Shown: piece after piece, positions 1-9,933 of the stretch
Layout of the letters: every line of letters starts with the position of its first letter
Numbering within the stretch: the first letter of the stretch is position 1
Made by a program: the position numbers and the translations under genes
The notes under the pieces: model-generated
What the model was told of the DNA's origin: nothing
The model's database searches: none
The model's input: only the letters and a program-made list of their open reading frames with translations
Assembly (NCBI GenBank): GCA_021399395.1
Contig: JAAFKJ010000079.1
Span: 1 to 53,542 of the forward strand
Direction: 5' to 3'
DNA length: 53,542 bases
DNA from: Candidatus Heimdallarchaeota archaeon
GTDB taxonomy: Archaea > Asgardarchaeota > Heimdallarchaeia > Heimdallarchaeales > Heimdallarchaeaceae

Positions 1-2
1 CT

Positions 3-1334
3 CACTAGGATGACATCTTGTTGTTTATCAGCTACTTCTTTTGCTCTATCAGCATCAAAAATCGCTAACCCAGTTGCTGCTGCCGCACCTGCGGCTAAAC
101 CAGAACCTAGGAATTTATCATCCATGCTTGCTTTAACTTGTTTAATTGGGGCATTGGCGTCTATTTTTCCCCAATCCACAGATGGAAATAGTGTGTTTTC
201 GACATCACTTGGGTTGACTCTTAATATTGCTTCTTCCTTTGAAATTTTACCTTCATTAACTAAATCATATGCTATCTGACCAGCAGCTATACCTGTTCTT
301 TTTCCGTTTCTTGTTTGGAGCATGAACATTTTTCCTTGCTGGATAGTAAATTCCATATCTTGCATATCGCTATATCTTTCTTCTAATAATCCAGAGATTT
401 CTAGAAGCTGATTATATAGTTCAGGCATTGTTTTTTGAAGATCTTCAATTGGTACTGGTGTTCGAATTCCTGCAACAACATCTTCTCCTTGAGCATTTAC
501 TAAGTATTCACCATATAGTTTCTTTTCACCATTTGATGGATTACGTGTAAAAGCTACTCCAGTAGCTGATGTTTCTCCAAGGTTTCCATATACCATAGTC
601 ATAACGTTAACTGCTGTACCTAAATCATGTGGAATACCTTGATGGTTTCTATAATCAATTGCTCTTCTAGTATTCCAACTTCTGAAAACAGCACGAATGG
701 CATCATCTAATTGTTTTCTTGGATCTTGAGGAAATTCTTCTCCTAGATGTTCTTTGTAAATTGTCTTGTATGTTTGTATTAACTTCTTGAGATCATCAGC
801 AGATATTTCAGTATCATTTTCAACATTTAATTCATGTTTGAGTTTTTGTAATTCTTTCTCAAAATGTTCTTTACTTACACCTCTGACTACATCAGCATAC
901 ATGTACATGAAACGTCGATATGAATCATAAGCAAATCTTGAATCGTTAGAAACTTTTGCTAATCCCTCTACTGAAACATCATTCAAACCCAGATTTAGTA
1001 CTGTATCCATCATACCAGGCATTGAAATTTTTGCCCCTGAACGAACAGAAACTAGAAGCGGATCTTTCTCATCACCTAATTTCTTACCCATGTGATTCTC
1101 CAATGCTTCTAGTGTTTCATCAATACTTTCCTTTAATCCTGGAGGATAGGATTCATTGTTCTCTAAGAAATGAAGACATGCTTGAGTAGAGATTACAAAA
1201 CCAGGTGGAACAGGCAAACCTAAAGAAGTCATTTCTGCCAAATTTGCTCCTTTTCCACCAAGTGTATCTTTTAAATCTGCACTCCCTTCGCAGATTTCTT
1301 TATTAAAAAATTTGTAAACGTATTTCTCTGTCAT
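3..1334 (-). CDS. ppdK: Pyruvate, phosphate dikinase (5' part; gene runs off the left edge)
   Basis: Not in the ORF track. Manual translation from ATG at 1334 gives MTEKYVYKFFNKEICEGSADLKDTLGGKGANLAEMTSLGLPVPPGF, then LVSVRSGAKISMPGMMDTVLNLG and TGVAFTRNPSNGE, which are PPDK signature segments. Confidence 0.95.
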   Translation of the reverse strand, partial: MTEKYVYKFFNKEICEGSADLKDTLGGKGANLAEMTSLGLPVPPGFVISTQACLHFLENNESYPPGLKESIDETLEALENHMGKKLGDEKDPLLVSVRSGAKISMPGMMDTVLNLGLNDVSVEGLAKVSNDSRFAYDSYRRFMYMYADVVRGVSKEHFEKELQKLKHELNVENDTEISADDLKKLIQTYKTIYKEHLGEEFPQDPRKQLDDAIRAVFRSWNTRRAIDYRNHQGIPHDLGTAVNVMTMVYGNLGETSATGVAFTRNPSNGEKKLYGEYLVNAQGEDVVAGIRTPVPIEDLQKTMPELYNQLLEISGLLEERYSDMQDMEFTIQQGKMFMLQTRNGKRTGIAAGQIAYDLVNEGKISKEEAILRVNPSDVENTLFPSVDWGKIDANAPIKQVKASMDDKFLGSGLAAGAAAATGLAIFDADRAKEVADKQQDVILV

Positions 1335-1446
1335 CTAATTGACACCTTCTGGTTAAGCTTTGAAACATTAGGTTTAAAAATTTATGATTAAGCAAGTTTT
1401 TCTTTGAAAGGGATAAATTTAACTAATCTCAAAAGAAAACAATAAT

Positions 1447-2259
1447 GTGAAAGATAAATTAATACTATTAACAAATGATGATGGAATTAAATCCCAGGGT
1501 CTAAATTCCTTAAGAGAAGAAGTAAATAAAATAGCGAAAGTTGTCTGTTTTGCACCTGCAGAACCAAGTTCAGCCGTTTCTAAAGCACTTACTTTCCACA
1601 AACCAATAAGATTCTTTCAAGTTGATTATGAGGATGGATCTATCGGATATAGTACAACTGGTGCTCCTGCTGACAACATCTTTGTTGGATTTCATGTTCT
1701 TAAAAGAAAACCTGATCTTGTAATTAGTGGTATTAACTATGGAGATAATTCATCTATTCATTCGATTCTCACTAGTGGTACTTGCGCCGCTGCCTTTGAA
1801 GCTGCTTTCAACAATGTTCCTGCAATTGCTTTTTCAACTGATGTTGCTGACGACTCGCAGTTAATTGATCAAAAGGGAGTGGATTTTAGTAAAATAGCAA
1901 AAATATCAGCAGAAATCGTAAAAATAGTTCTAGAATTAGATTGGCCTGAGAATTTAGCATTTCTTAATGTGAATTATCCAAAAGAAATTACAAAAGACAC
2001 TCAAGTTTTCATTACATCTCCAACACTCTACAAATATGACAATTACATGGTTGAGAAGTCTGATCCTCGGAACTTACCCTACCTATGGTTATGGGGCGAA
2101 AGAAAAAAGACATTTCAAGAAAACACAGATAGTTGGGCAGTTGTTGAACAGAATGCCATCAGTATTTCTCCAATCAGTTTGGATTTGCACCGTATATCTG
2201 AACCTGCAACTAAAATTATGGAAAAATTACAGGATCAGATTAGAATTAATATAAGCTGA
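1447..2259 (+). CDS. surE: 5'/3'-nucleotidase SurE
   Basis: LLTNDDG, GAPAD, PDLVISGINYGDN and SGT motifs. Confidence 0.95.
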   Translation: MKDKLILLTNDDGIKSQGLNSLREEVNKIAKVVCFAPAEPSSAVSKALTFHKPIRFFQVDYEDGSIGYSTTGAPADNIFVGFHVLKRKPDLVISGINYGDNSSIHSILTSGTCAAAFEAAFNNVPAIAFSTDVADDSQLIDQKGVDFSKIAKISAEIVKIVLELDWPENLAFLNVNYPKEITKDTQVFITSPTLYKYDNYMVEKSDPRNLPYLWLWGERKKTFQENTDSWAVVEQNAISISPISLDLHRISEPATKIMEKLQDQIRINIS

Positions 2260-2319
2260 CACTCAATCCTCAAAAATCCATTAATCTTTTCCTTTAAATA
2301 CTAAAATCTTGATAAGAAA

Positions 2320-3729
2320 GTGATTGGTTTGGCCATTGAATCACGCGAGTACCAGAATTTCATAATTGAAAAAATATCCTCACTAGTTAAGGATAACCAT
2401 AGCGTTATTTTGGAGCTTGACTGTGGAATGGGCAAGCGCGTTATGATGTACAGACTTCTAACTGAGACATTCAAAGAAAAGAAAGTTATTGTTTTTCTTC
2501 AGACCCATTCTTCTCTTGAAGAAACAGTTCTGTACCTTGAGAGAGAATATGGGGGCATAGAAAAGTTAGCAGCAATTAAAAGTGGTACCAATGCAAATTA
2601 TAGGAAGTATATCATTGAGAATAATAGAGTAATTTTATCATTACCCACTGTTTTTTCAAATACTCTAAAGAAATATCCTGAGTTAGCTAAGGATATTGAA
2701 TTCATAATCATTAATGAAGTAGATCAAATAATTAGAAGGGTTTCACATCGTAGAGTATTGTGCGTTCCTTGGAATATGTTGCTCCCAGCTTTGGAAAACT
2801 CAAAAGTAATAGGTATGAGTGGTACATTAAGAGATGACCACGTTGTATTAGATGAAGATCAACTGAAGATTCGAAATGAATTGAAGACCTTGCTAGATTT
2901 TATTCCTAGAAGTGCAACAATCACAATTGAGGATTTTATGGATACAGATATTAAAGAATATATTCAAGATACAGAAGTTCTCATCAATCCTGTAAAAGAT
3001 GAAAAAACAGCTACCATAATCAATACGATTACAGAGCACATTAAACTTACGAGAGAAGAGATCATCAAGGAAGTAGGAGAAACATCTCCTAAAGATTTAG
3101 CAAAACTGCGAAAGGATTTCTTCAATAATCTACCGCTTATTGCAGTTGAAACAGAGTTGGTAGAAAACCTAAATAGTCTTCTATTATTGCGCAAATATGT
3201 TTATTCAATGCCTGCTAGTTCGTATAGGAACTATCTTTTTAGATATGATTTTGAGAAAAAAGAAACCTTCGATTTACCAGAAATTAGTGGGAAGGAATTG
3301 GAAATTGTAAAAATTGCAAAAGAATATCAAAAAATAACAGTTCTGTGTTCTTTTCTATCTACTGTTGATTCCCTAGCTTCGTTGTTAGAAAAAGAAGGGT
3401 TTGAAATATTCATAGTTACAGGAAGAATAAAAAATAAAGGAGAAATTATTGAAGCGTTTAAGAAATCAGAGAAGCAATCAGCTCTTATTTTATCACCCGT
3501 TGGGGAGAGAGATTTAGATCTTCCACAAACTGAGGTTATCATAGTATTCGATTTAGTTAATTCTCCCAAGACCGTTTATCAAAAAATGAAGAGAGGTAGA
3601 GGTGGGAAGGTAGTGCTACTTTTCTACGAAGACACTTCTGAGAAACAAAAAGTCAAAGGTGTTGTTGATAAGATAGCAATCCGTTATCCTTGGTCACTTA
3701 TCTTTCACGTTAATAAGAACAAGAAGTAG
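2320..3729 (+). CDS. SF2 helicase-like protein (Hef/FANCM-like fold) with degenerate motifs
   Basis: Motif order is preserved but altered: I LDCGMGKR, II IINEVD, III MSGT, V SPVGERDLDLPQTE, VI YQKMKRGRGG. Confidence 0.7.
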   Translation: MIGLAIESREYQNFIIEKISSLVKDNHSVILELDCGMGKRVMMYRLLTETFKEKKVIVFLQTHSSLEETVLYLEREYGGIEKLAAIKSGTNANYRKYIIENNRVILSLPTVFSNTLKKYPELAKDIEFIIINEVDQIIRRVSHRRVLCVPWNMLLPALENSKVIGMSGTLRDDHVVLDEDQLKIRNELKTLLDFIPRSATITIEDFMDTDIKEYIQDTEVLINPVKDEKTATIINTITEHIKLTREEIIKEVGETSPKDLAKLRKDFFNNLPLIAVETELVENLNSLLLLRKYVYSMPASSYRNYLFRYDFEKKETFDLPEISGKELEIVKIAKEYQKITVLCSFLSTVDSLASLLEKEGFEIFIVTGRIKNKGEIIEAFKKSEKQSALILSPVGERDLDLPQTEVIIVFDLVNSPKTVYQKMKRGRGGKVVLLFYEDTSEKQKVKGVVDKIAIRYPWSLIFHVNKNKK

Positions 3730-3754
3730 TCTAGTAATAGCAGTCTTGATTCAT

Positions 3755-3769
3755 AAGCTTTTTAATATA
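3755..3769 (+). promoter_or_regulatory. Putative BRE/TATA promoter of rpoB
   Basis: AAGCTTTTTAATATA lies about 55 nt upstream of the ATG. Similar AAG(C/T)TTTTTA elements precede rps12 (~33858) and trpS (~40223). Confidence 0.4.
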
Positions 3770-3823
3770 ACAGAAAACCACTTTACTGCGAGGAATTAAT
3801 TTTTATTTGGTTAAGGTGTTTAA

Positions 3824-6800
3824 ATGGCCAAAAAGAAAAGTAAAGCAGACGCTAACAGTCGTTGGGTTTTAGTTAACTCTATGTTTGAGGAACTAGGTTT
3901 AGTTCGCCAGCATCTTGATTCTTTTAACGATTTCATTGAAAACGGTCTTCAATCCGTTATTAAAGAAATAAAGGTTATAGAACCTGAAGATTCTGAATTT
4001 TATGTTAAGCTGGAAAAAGTTGAAGTTGAAGAACCCACAATCCGAGAAGCAGATGGATCCCAAAGTTCCATTTATCCTATGGAAGCAAGAATTAGAAATC
4101 TTACCTACGCATCTAGATTAAATCTTCATATGACACCTATTCGAAAAGGTGGTAGCGATGGTGTCGAGATTCCCTTGGAAACAATCAGTGTTTTTATTGG
4201 ATATCTTCCCATAATGCTGAAGTCTAAAAGATGCCAATTATATAACCGTGCTCCAGAATCTTTAGTTAAACTTGGAGAAGATCCAAAAGATCCTGGTGGT
4301 TATTTCTTAGTTAACGGGAGTGAGAGAGTCATTGTTACTCAGGAAGATTTAGCTCCTAATCGAATTCTAATTGAGAAACTAAAAAGTAAAGGAAACGTAA
4401 CAAGTGAAGCTAAAGTTTTCAGTGTTATTCATGGTTTTAGAGCACCTGTTACTGTTGAACATACAAATGATGGTCAATTAAGAGTCAGTTTTCCAAGTAT
4501 GCCTAGAAAAATCTCTCTAATATTGCTTATGAGAGCACTAGGAATTGAGAGGGATGACATGATTGCAATGGCTATAAGTCCAACTCCAAAACTTCGTGCA
4601 AGAGTTATGTCCATCTTAATGAGGGAATCTTCAGAAATTGATACTACTGAAGAATCTTTAGATTATATAGGAAAGAGAGTTGCTGTAGGACAAACCAAGG
4701 AATATCGTATTAACCGTGCGATGCAAGTGTTAGATAAATATTTACTACCTCATCTTGGAAGTGATGAGGATTCAAGATTAAAGAAAGCATTCTTCTTAGC
4801 AAGAATGGCTCAAAGATTACTGGAACTTGAATTAGGTATTAGACAACAAGACGATAAAGATCATTATGCAAATAAAAGGCTAAAACTAGCTGGTGATTTA
4901 CTATTAATGCTATATAGAGTAGCTTTTCATGCCTTATGTCGTGACATCAAATACCAGTTAGAGAGAGTTACTGTCCGCGGTCGAAAACCCAATCTCAAAA
5001 CAGCTGTTCGTGCAGATTTAATTACAGAGAGATTGCGTCATGCTTTAGCAACAGGAAATTGGACAGGTGGAAAATCTGGAGTAAGCCAGCTTCTTGACAG
5101 AACAAATTACATGTCAGCATTAAGCCATCTTAGAAGAGTTGTAAGTCCACTAAGTAGAAGTCAACCTCACTTCGAAGCAAGAGATCTTCATCCAACACAT
5201 TTTGGTAAAATATGTCCAAATGAAACACCTGAAGGACCAAACTGTGGTCTAGTGAAGAATCTTGCCCTTCAAGCTTTCATAAGTGTTGGTTTGGATAGTG
5301 CAGATGTCGAAAAGAAACTTATCAATGAGTTGAAGTTAAATAAAATTGAACCAAAAGATATGATTGAACCTAGCTCACCTCTTGCTAAGCTTGTTGCTGA
5401 CGCTGAGTATTGTAAAGTATTCTTAAACGGTAGTTTTCTAGGTGTTGTTCAAGATGCTAACGAATTTCGTAAAATAATTATACAAAAGCGTAGATCAGGT
5501 GACCTTCATCATGAGATTAATATTTCACATTATTCTGATACAAATGAAATCATGGTCAGTTGTGACGCAGGTAGAGTTCGTCGCCCTCTAATAATTGTTA
5601 ATGAGGGGACTCATGCACTCACAAAAGAGATGTTCAACTGGATTAAAAGCAATAAATGGTCATGGAGTGATTTAGTAAGAAATCAAGTTGTTGAATATGT
5701 TGACGCTGAGGAAGAAGAAAACCTATTCATCGCCATTGATGAAGATTATTTAGTATCCGAATCTTCTCATATGGAAATTACTCCAAGTACAATTTTAGGA
5801 ATTTGTGCTTCATTAATTCCATTTCCAGAACACAATCGTTCAGATCGTAACGTCTATGAAGCTGGGATGGCAAAACAAGCCCTCGGTATATTTTCAGCTA
5901 ATTTCAGATATCGTATGGATACAAGAGCTCATATCTTGCATTATCCGCAGAAGCCGTTAGTAAAAACTCACGGTATGGATTCCATTCATTTTGAAAGCCG
6001 TCCTGCTGGGCAAAATTTCATTGTAGCTATCTTATCTTATGAAGGATATAACATGGAAGATGCTTTGTTAATTAATAAAGCAGCCATAGAAAGAGGTTTG
6101 GGAAGAAGCACATTCTTCCGAACATATGATGCTGAAGAACGAAAATATCCTAATGGTCAAGAGGACACCTTTGAAATCCCTGATGATACAGTTAGAGGTT
6201 ACAAAGACGAATCCCAATATGTACATCTCGGAGAGGATGGAATTATTGAACCAGAAATTTCTGTTGATGGCAGTCGAGGAGAAGTTCTTATCGGCCGTAC
6301 CAGTCCACCTAGATTTCTAGAAGAATATACTGAATTTGAAGTTCCTCCTCAAAACAGAAGAGAAACAAGCAAGGCCATGAGACATGGTGAAAAAGGCATC
6401 TCTGACACGGTAGTGCTTACAGATACTAACGAAGGAAATAGGCTCGTAAAAGTCAAAGTAAGATCTGAAAGAGTTCCTGAAATTGGTGATAAATTTGCTT
6501 CACGACATGGTCAAAAAGGTGTAATTGGTTTAATCATCCCACAGGAAGATATGCCTTTTACTGAGGAAGGATTAGTACCTGATATTATTATCAATCCCCA
6601 CGCCGTTCCATCAAGAATGACAATAGGGATGCTAATGGAATTGCTTGCTGGTAAAGTTGCAGCACATTCTGGTGACGCAATTTACGGAACAGCTTTTAGC
6701 AAAATGAAGATTAGCGGATTGCATGAAGCTTTAATGAAACTTCAAATGCACCCACTTGGTAGAGAAGTAATGTATGACGGTAAAACAGGAAGAAGATTAG

Positions 6801-7222
6801 AGGGAACCATTTTTGTTGGATCTCAATTTTATCAAAAACTCCACCATCTAGTCCAAGACAAAATACATGCTCGTGCCCGTGGTCCTATTCAGATGCTCAC
6901 TAGACAACCAACAGAAGGAAGAGCTCGTGAAGGTGGTCTTCGTTTTGGAGAAATGGAAAGAGATTGTCTTATTGGTCATGGAACCTCCATTCTACTTAAA
7001 GAAAGATTGTTGGATGAATCAGATAAAACAGATGCTCTTATTTGTTCGAAATGTGGATTTCTTGCAATGTATGATAGAAATAGAGATAGATATCATTGTC
7101 CAATTTGTAAAGAGGAAACCACAGTCTCTAGAGTTGTCATAAGTTATGCATTCAAATTGCTAATGCAAGAACTAATGAGTTTAGGTATTGCACCCCATAT
7201 TGAATTAGAAGATGTAGCTTAA
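3824..7222 (+). CDS. rpoB: DNA-directed RNA polymerase subunit B (Rpo2), unsplit
   Basis: GDKFASRHGQKG, RQPTEGRAREGGLRFGEMERD and a C-terminal Zn ribbon; 1132 aa. Confidence 0.99.
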   Translation: MAKKKSKADANSRWVLVNSMFEELGLVRQHLDSFNDFIENGLQSVIKEIKVIEPEDSEFYVKLEKVEVEEPTIREADGSQSSIYPMEARIRNLTYASRLNLHMTPIRKGGSDGVEIPLETISVFIGYLPIMLKSKRCQLYNRAPESLVKLGEDPKDPGGYFLVNGSERVIVTQEDLAPNRILIEKLKSKGNVTSEAKVFSVIHGFRAPVTVEHTNDGQLRVSFPSMPRKISLILLMRALGIERDDMIAMAISPTPKLRARVMSILMRESSEIDTTEESLDYIGKRVAVGQTKEYRINRAMQVLDKYLLPHLGSDEDSRLKKAFFLARMAQRLLELELGIRQQDDKDHYANKRLKLAGDLLLMLYRVAFHALCRDIKYQLERVTVRGRKPNLKTAVRADLITERLRHALATGNWTGGKSGVSQLLDRTNYMSALSHLRRVVSPLSRSQPHFEARDLHPTHFGKICPNETPEGPNCGLVKNLALQAFISVGLDSADVEKKLINELKLNKIEPKDMIEPSSPLAKLVADAEYCKVFLNGSFLGVVQDANEFRKIIIQKRRSGDLHHEINISHYSDTNEIMVSCDAGRVRRPLIIVNEGTHALTKEMFNWIKSNKWSWSDLVRNQVVEYVDAEEEENLFIAIDEDYLVSESSHMEITPSTILGICASLIPFPEHNRSDRNVYEAGMAKQALGIFSANFRYRMDTRAHILHYPQKPLVKTHGMDSIHFESRPAGQNFIVAILSYEGYNMEDALLINKAAIERGLGRSTFFRTYDAEERKYPNGQEDTFEIPDDTVRGYKDESQYVHLGEDGIIEPEISVDGSRGEVLIGRTSPPRFLEEYTEFEVPPQNRRETSKAMRHGEKGISDTVVLTDTNEGNRLVKVKVRSERVPEIGDKFASRHGQKGVIGLIIPQEDMPFTEEGLVPDIIINPHAVPSRMTIGMLMELLAGKVAAHSGDAIYGTAFSKMKISGLHEALMKLQMHPLGREVMYDGKTGRRLEGTIFVGSQFYQKLHHLVQDKIHARARGPIQMLTRQPTEGRAREGGLRFGEMERDCLIGHGTSILLKERLLDESDKTDALICSKCGFLAMYDRNRDRYHCPICKEETTVSRVVISYAFKLLMQELMSLGIAPHIELEDVA

Positions 7223-7266
7223 AGTCTCCATTCTTCAAATTTCTTTATTTCTTTTCTTAAAATCGT

Positions 7267-7668
7267 TTAAGTACGAGATAGTATTAGGTCATCATATTCC
7301 TTATTGGAAATTTTCTTTATATTATAGTGGTGAAATTTTTCTCCTATAATTTTAGCAAGAAGATGATAGCACAGATTTTTTTCCCCTCTACTTAAAACTC
7401 TAATTTGATAATCTGTACATTCACAGAAGTTATCTTCGATTATCAAATAATTCTGGCTCTTTCCTTCTACTTCCCAAATGGCAATTTTCTCATTTAAAAC
7501 GTGTTTGTGCAATTTGTTTTCTTTGAGAATATTGAATGCTTTCGCACCCCTATTTTCAAAAAGAGACATCATTTCATTCTCGAATATTTCCGAGAGAGTT
7601 CCTTCATTTTGAATAAGAGCTAGTAATTTATCCAAATTCTTTTTATCATCAGTAGAAGATTGCCTCAT
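7267..7668 (-). CDS. SWIM zinc-finger protein (SWS1/ZSWIM7-like)
   Basis: CxC-x(15)-CxH SWIM motif in FCECTDYQIRVLSRGEKNLCYHLLA. Confidence 0.8.
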   Translation of the reverse strand: MRQSSTDDKKNLDKLLALIQNEGTLSEIFENEMMSLFENRGAKAFNILKENKLHKHVLNEKIAIWEVEGKSQNYLIIEDNFCECTDYQIRVLSRGEKNLCYHLLAKIIGEKFHHYNIKKISNKEYDDLILSRT

Positions 7669-7774
7669 TTATTCTAACCTTGTTTTATTTTGCTATAATT
7701 TTACTTATGTTCAGTATTAGAATTTGTTTCTCTAAAAGTTTTTGACAAAATAGATGAAAGTAAAAGGTCTGATG

Positions 7775-8209
7775 CTATTGTTTGATCATTACATCAACAA
7801 TATCAAATTGTCTAAGAACTAAATTCTTTACTTTGTTGATGTTCTTACCGTTTCTTCCTATGGCCCTGCCTTTATCTTTATTATCAACTTCAACAGTTGC
7901 GACTTTTCCATTTTTCCTTTCAAGTAATGAGATATTCTTGATTATAATGGGTAAGAAACAGTTTTTGATGAATTTTGCAGGGTCAGAGGAATGTTCAATG
8001 ATTTCTACATCCTTTGCTATCATTTCTTTTAATTTATTGATGTTAATCCCTCTTTTACCTATCGCTAAACCAGCTTGTCCCTCAGAAACAACAAAGACAA
8101 CCTTGTTGTCTTCTTCCTCAACTATGCAATCGTTTATTGTAACATTTACAATTCCTTGGAGAATTGTTATATATTGCATTTCAGTTTGGGAAAGTTTGAC
8201 AGAAGGCAT
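7775..8209 (-). CDS. nusA: Archaeal NusA (two KH domains)
   Basis: Two GxxG KH motifs (GLAIGKRGINI, GRAIGRNGKNI). Likely start is MPSVK. Confidence 0.95.
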   Translation of the reverse strand: MPSVKLSQTEMQYITILQGIVNVTINDCIVEEEDNKVVFVVSEGQAGLAIGKRGININKLKEMIAKDVEIIEHSSDPAKFIKNCFLPIIIKNISLLERKNGKVATVEVDNKDKGRAIGRNGKNINKVKNLVLRQFDIVDVMIKQ

Positions 8210-8427
8210 TTTTTGTACTCCCACATTTTGGATAGTGTTTTGTTGATTTTTTCGCGTTGCTTAAACACGCCTATTTCTTTATGATTCAAGTTAATTTTAG
8301 TATTCAGTTGTTTAAAAGTGTATTCAAACATAAGTTTGTATCATTTTCTTTGGATAACAAATTTACATTAAACACGCTATAATAAAGAAAATGATTTGTT
8401 ATTTGCATCTATTCTTTACTCCCTATC

Positions 8428-8730
8428 CTATTTTTTCTTAACAGCTTTAATTATGTCACTATCTCCCATTGACAAAATTGTTAAAGCAGCTACGAAATGT
8501 GGACGACCACAAACAGCTCCCAGATCAAGAGATGACCCAGAAAATACCAATGTTGGTACTTCAGAGATTTCAGCATATCTATTTATATCCTCTTTAATGT
8601 CTTGAGGAGTGTTTTCTGCTAAAATTACTAACTTTGCTTGTTTGTTGAGTAAAGCTTGTTTAGCTGAATCTGCACCATAGGAAACTTTTCCTGTGTCGAC
8701 AGCTATTCTTATACTGCGGTTAATATCCAT
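8428..8730 (-). CDS. rpl30e: 50S ribosomal protein L30e
   Basis: AVDTGKVSYG and FSGSSLDLGAVCGRPHFVAALTILSMGDSDI; lies upstream of nusA as usual. Confidence 0.95.
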   Translation of the reverse strand: MDINRSIRIAVDTGKVSYGADSAKQALLNKQAKLVILAENTPQDIKEDINRYAEISEVPTLVFSGSSLDLGAVCGRPHFVAALTILSMGDSDIIKAVKKK

Positions 8731-8863
8731 ATGTTTACACCTTTCTTTTACTTGTGGTCTTTTTTTACTTAAATTCTTAAATATTTGCACTTTCGAGTTT
8801 TATATAAAATAGTTATTTGAGTCAAAGGTTTTTCAGATATCATAAATTTGCATGATTATGTAA

Positions 8864-9754
8864 TTAGACTTTGAAAGCTCCTGAGAAAAGAACATCCCAA
8901 GCTTTACTCCAACGATCAGGATGAGCAACATCAATCCAGAATGCATTTTTGGGGCACAAATATGCTTTGACTTTTTTCTCTGTTATAATTTCAGGTAAAA
9001 TATCACCCGAGATAGATTTTCCTTCTGCATTAGATAGATAATCAATAATCTCAGGTTCAAAAACATATATTCCTGTATTAATGAAGCCGCTTTGTTGGGT
9101 TTTTGTAGGGGTTTCCTCAAATCTAGTAACTAAATTAGTTGTAAAATCATCCACATAAAAAACACCATAGTCAGAAAAAAGGCCCTTATCAGTTTTCTTT
9201 CCCATAGATTGATAGTAGTCATTGACACCTATTCCACAGAGAGTTACAATGTGATTTTTTCTATGTTTCTTATGATATTCAATAATACTGTTAAGATTGA
9301 TATCTGTCAAAATATCTGAGTGCATAACAACAAATGTATCTGAAATGAGATTACGTGCATTATATATTGCCCCAGCTGTATCTAGATTTGCTGTTTCGCT
9401 TACATAACTTAAATTCAAATCATTCCAGTTTTGACCAAAATACTTCATTATTCGGTTTCCTAATTTTCCAATTAGAAGTATAACGTCAGTAATTCCGCTT
9501 TTAGATATTAGCTCTAAGTTATATTCAAGTAAAGGTTTGTAACCGACTGGAATCATTGCTTTAGGGATAGTTTCAGTTAGTGGTTTTAATCTAGCTCCTT
9601 CTCCTCCTGCAAGAATGAAAGTTTTAATTTTCCTTAGTTCAAACTCTTTTTCAATTAGTTTGATGAGAAAGTCTTTAATCGACCCGGGACCTTTTTTTTC
9701 ACAAACAGCATCCCATATTCTCTCTGGAAACTCAACTGTAAATTTATGAACCAT
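8864..9754 (-). CDS. Sugar-phosphate nucleotidyltransferase with an N-terminal RHH-like extension
   Basis: ILAGGEGARLKPLTETIPKAMIPV, INTGIYVF and WIDV motifs. There are about 42 extra N-terminal residues and no C-terminal hexapeptide domain. Confidence 0.85.
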   Translation of the reverse strand: MVHKFTVEFPERIWDAVCEKKGPGSIKDFLIKLIEKEFELRKIKTFILAGGEGARLKPLTETIPKAMIPVGYKPLLEYNLELISKSGITDVILLIGKLGNRIMKYFGQNWNDLNLSYVSETANLDTAGAIYNARNLISDTFVVMHSDILTDINLNSIIEYHKKHRKNHIVTLCGIGVNDYYQSMGKKTDKGLFSDYGVFYVDDFTTNLVTRFEETPTKTQQSGFINTGIYVFEPEIIDYLSNAEGKSISGDILPEIITEKKVKAYLCPKNAFWIDVAHPDRWSKAWDVLFSGAFKV

Positions 9755-9933
9755 CAAATTTCACCTAGCATAACTGTTGTTATGACTAGTTATTCCAACT
9801 CTTAATTCCTTTTTAGTTTTACCCTTTCTATTTCAAAAAGATAATAGTGAATTTTCTAGTACTCTCCATTAACCAATAGGTTTTTTTAACAGCTTTAGCA
9901 TAAAATGTTAGTCCAGATTGTGAAGGAATTCAA

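Noticed and set aside
10-1189. Plus-strand ORFs 10-279 and 956-1189
   Set aside because: They are antisense shadows of ppdK, which the ORF track missed because it runs off the window edge.
7782-8605. Plus-strand ORFs overlapping nusA and rpl30e
   Set aside because: Antisense to well-supported genes and without motifs. The same applies to the other short nested or antisense ORFs in the track.
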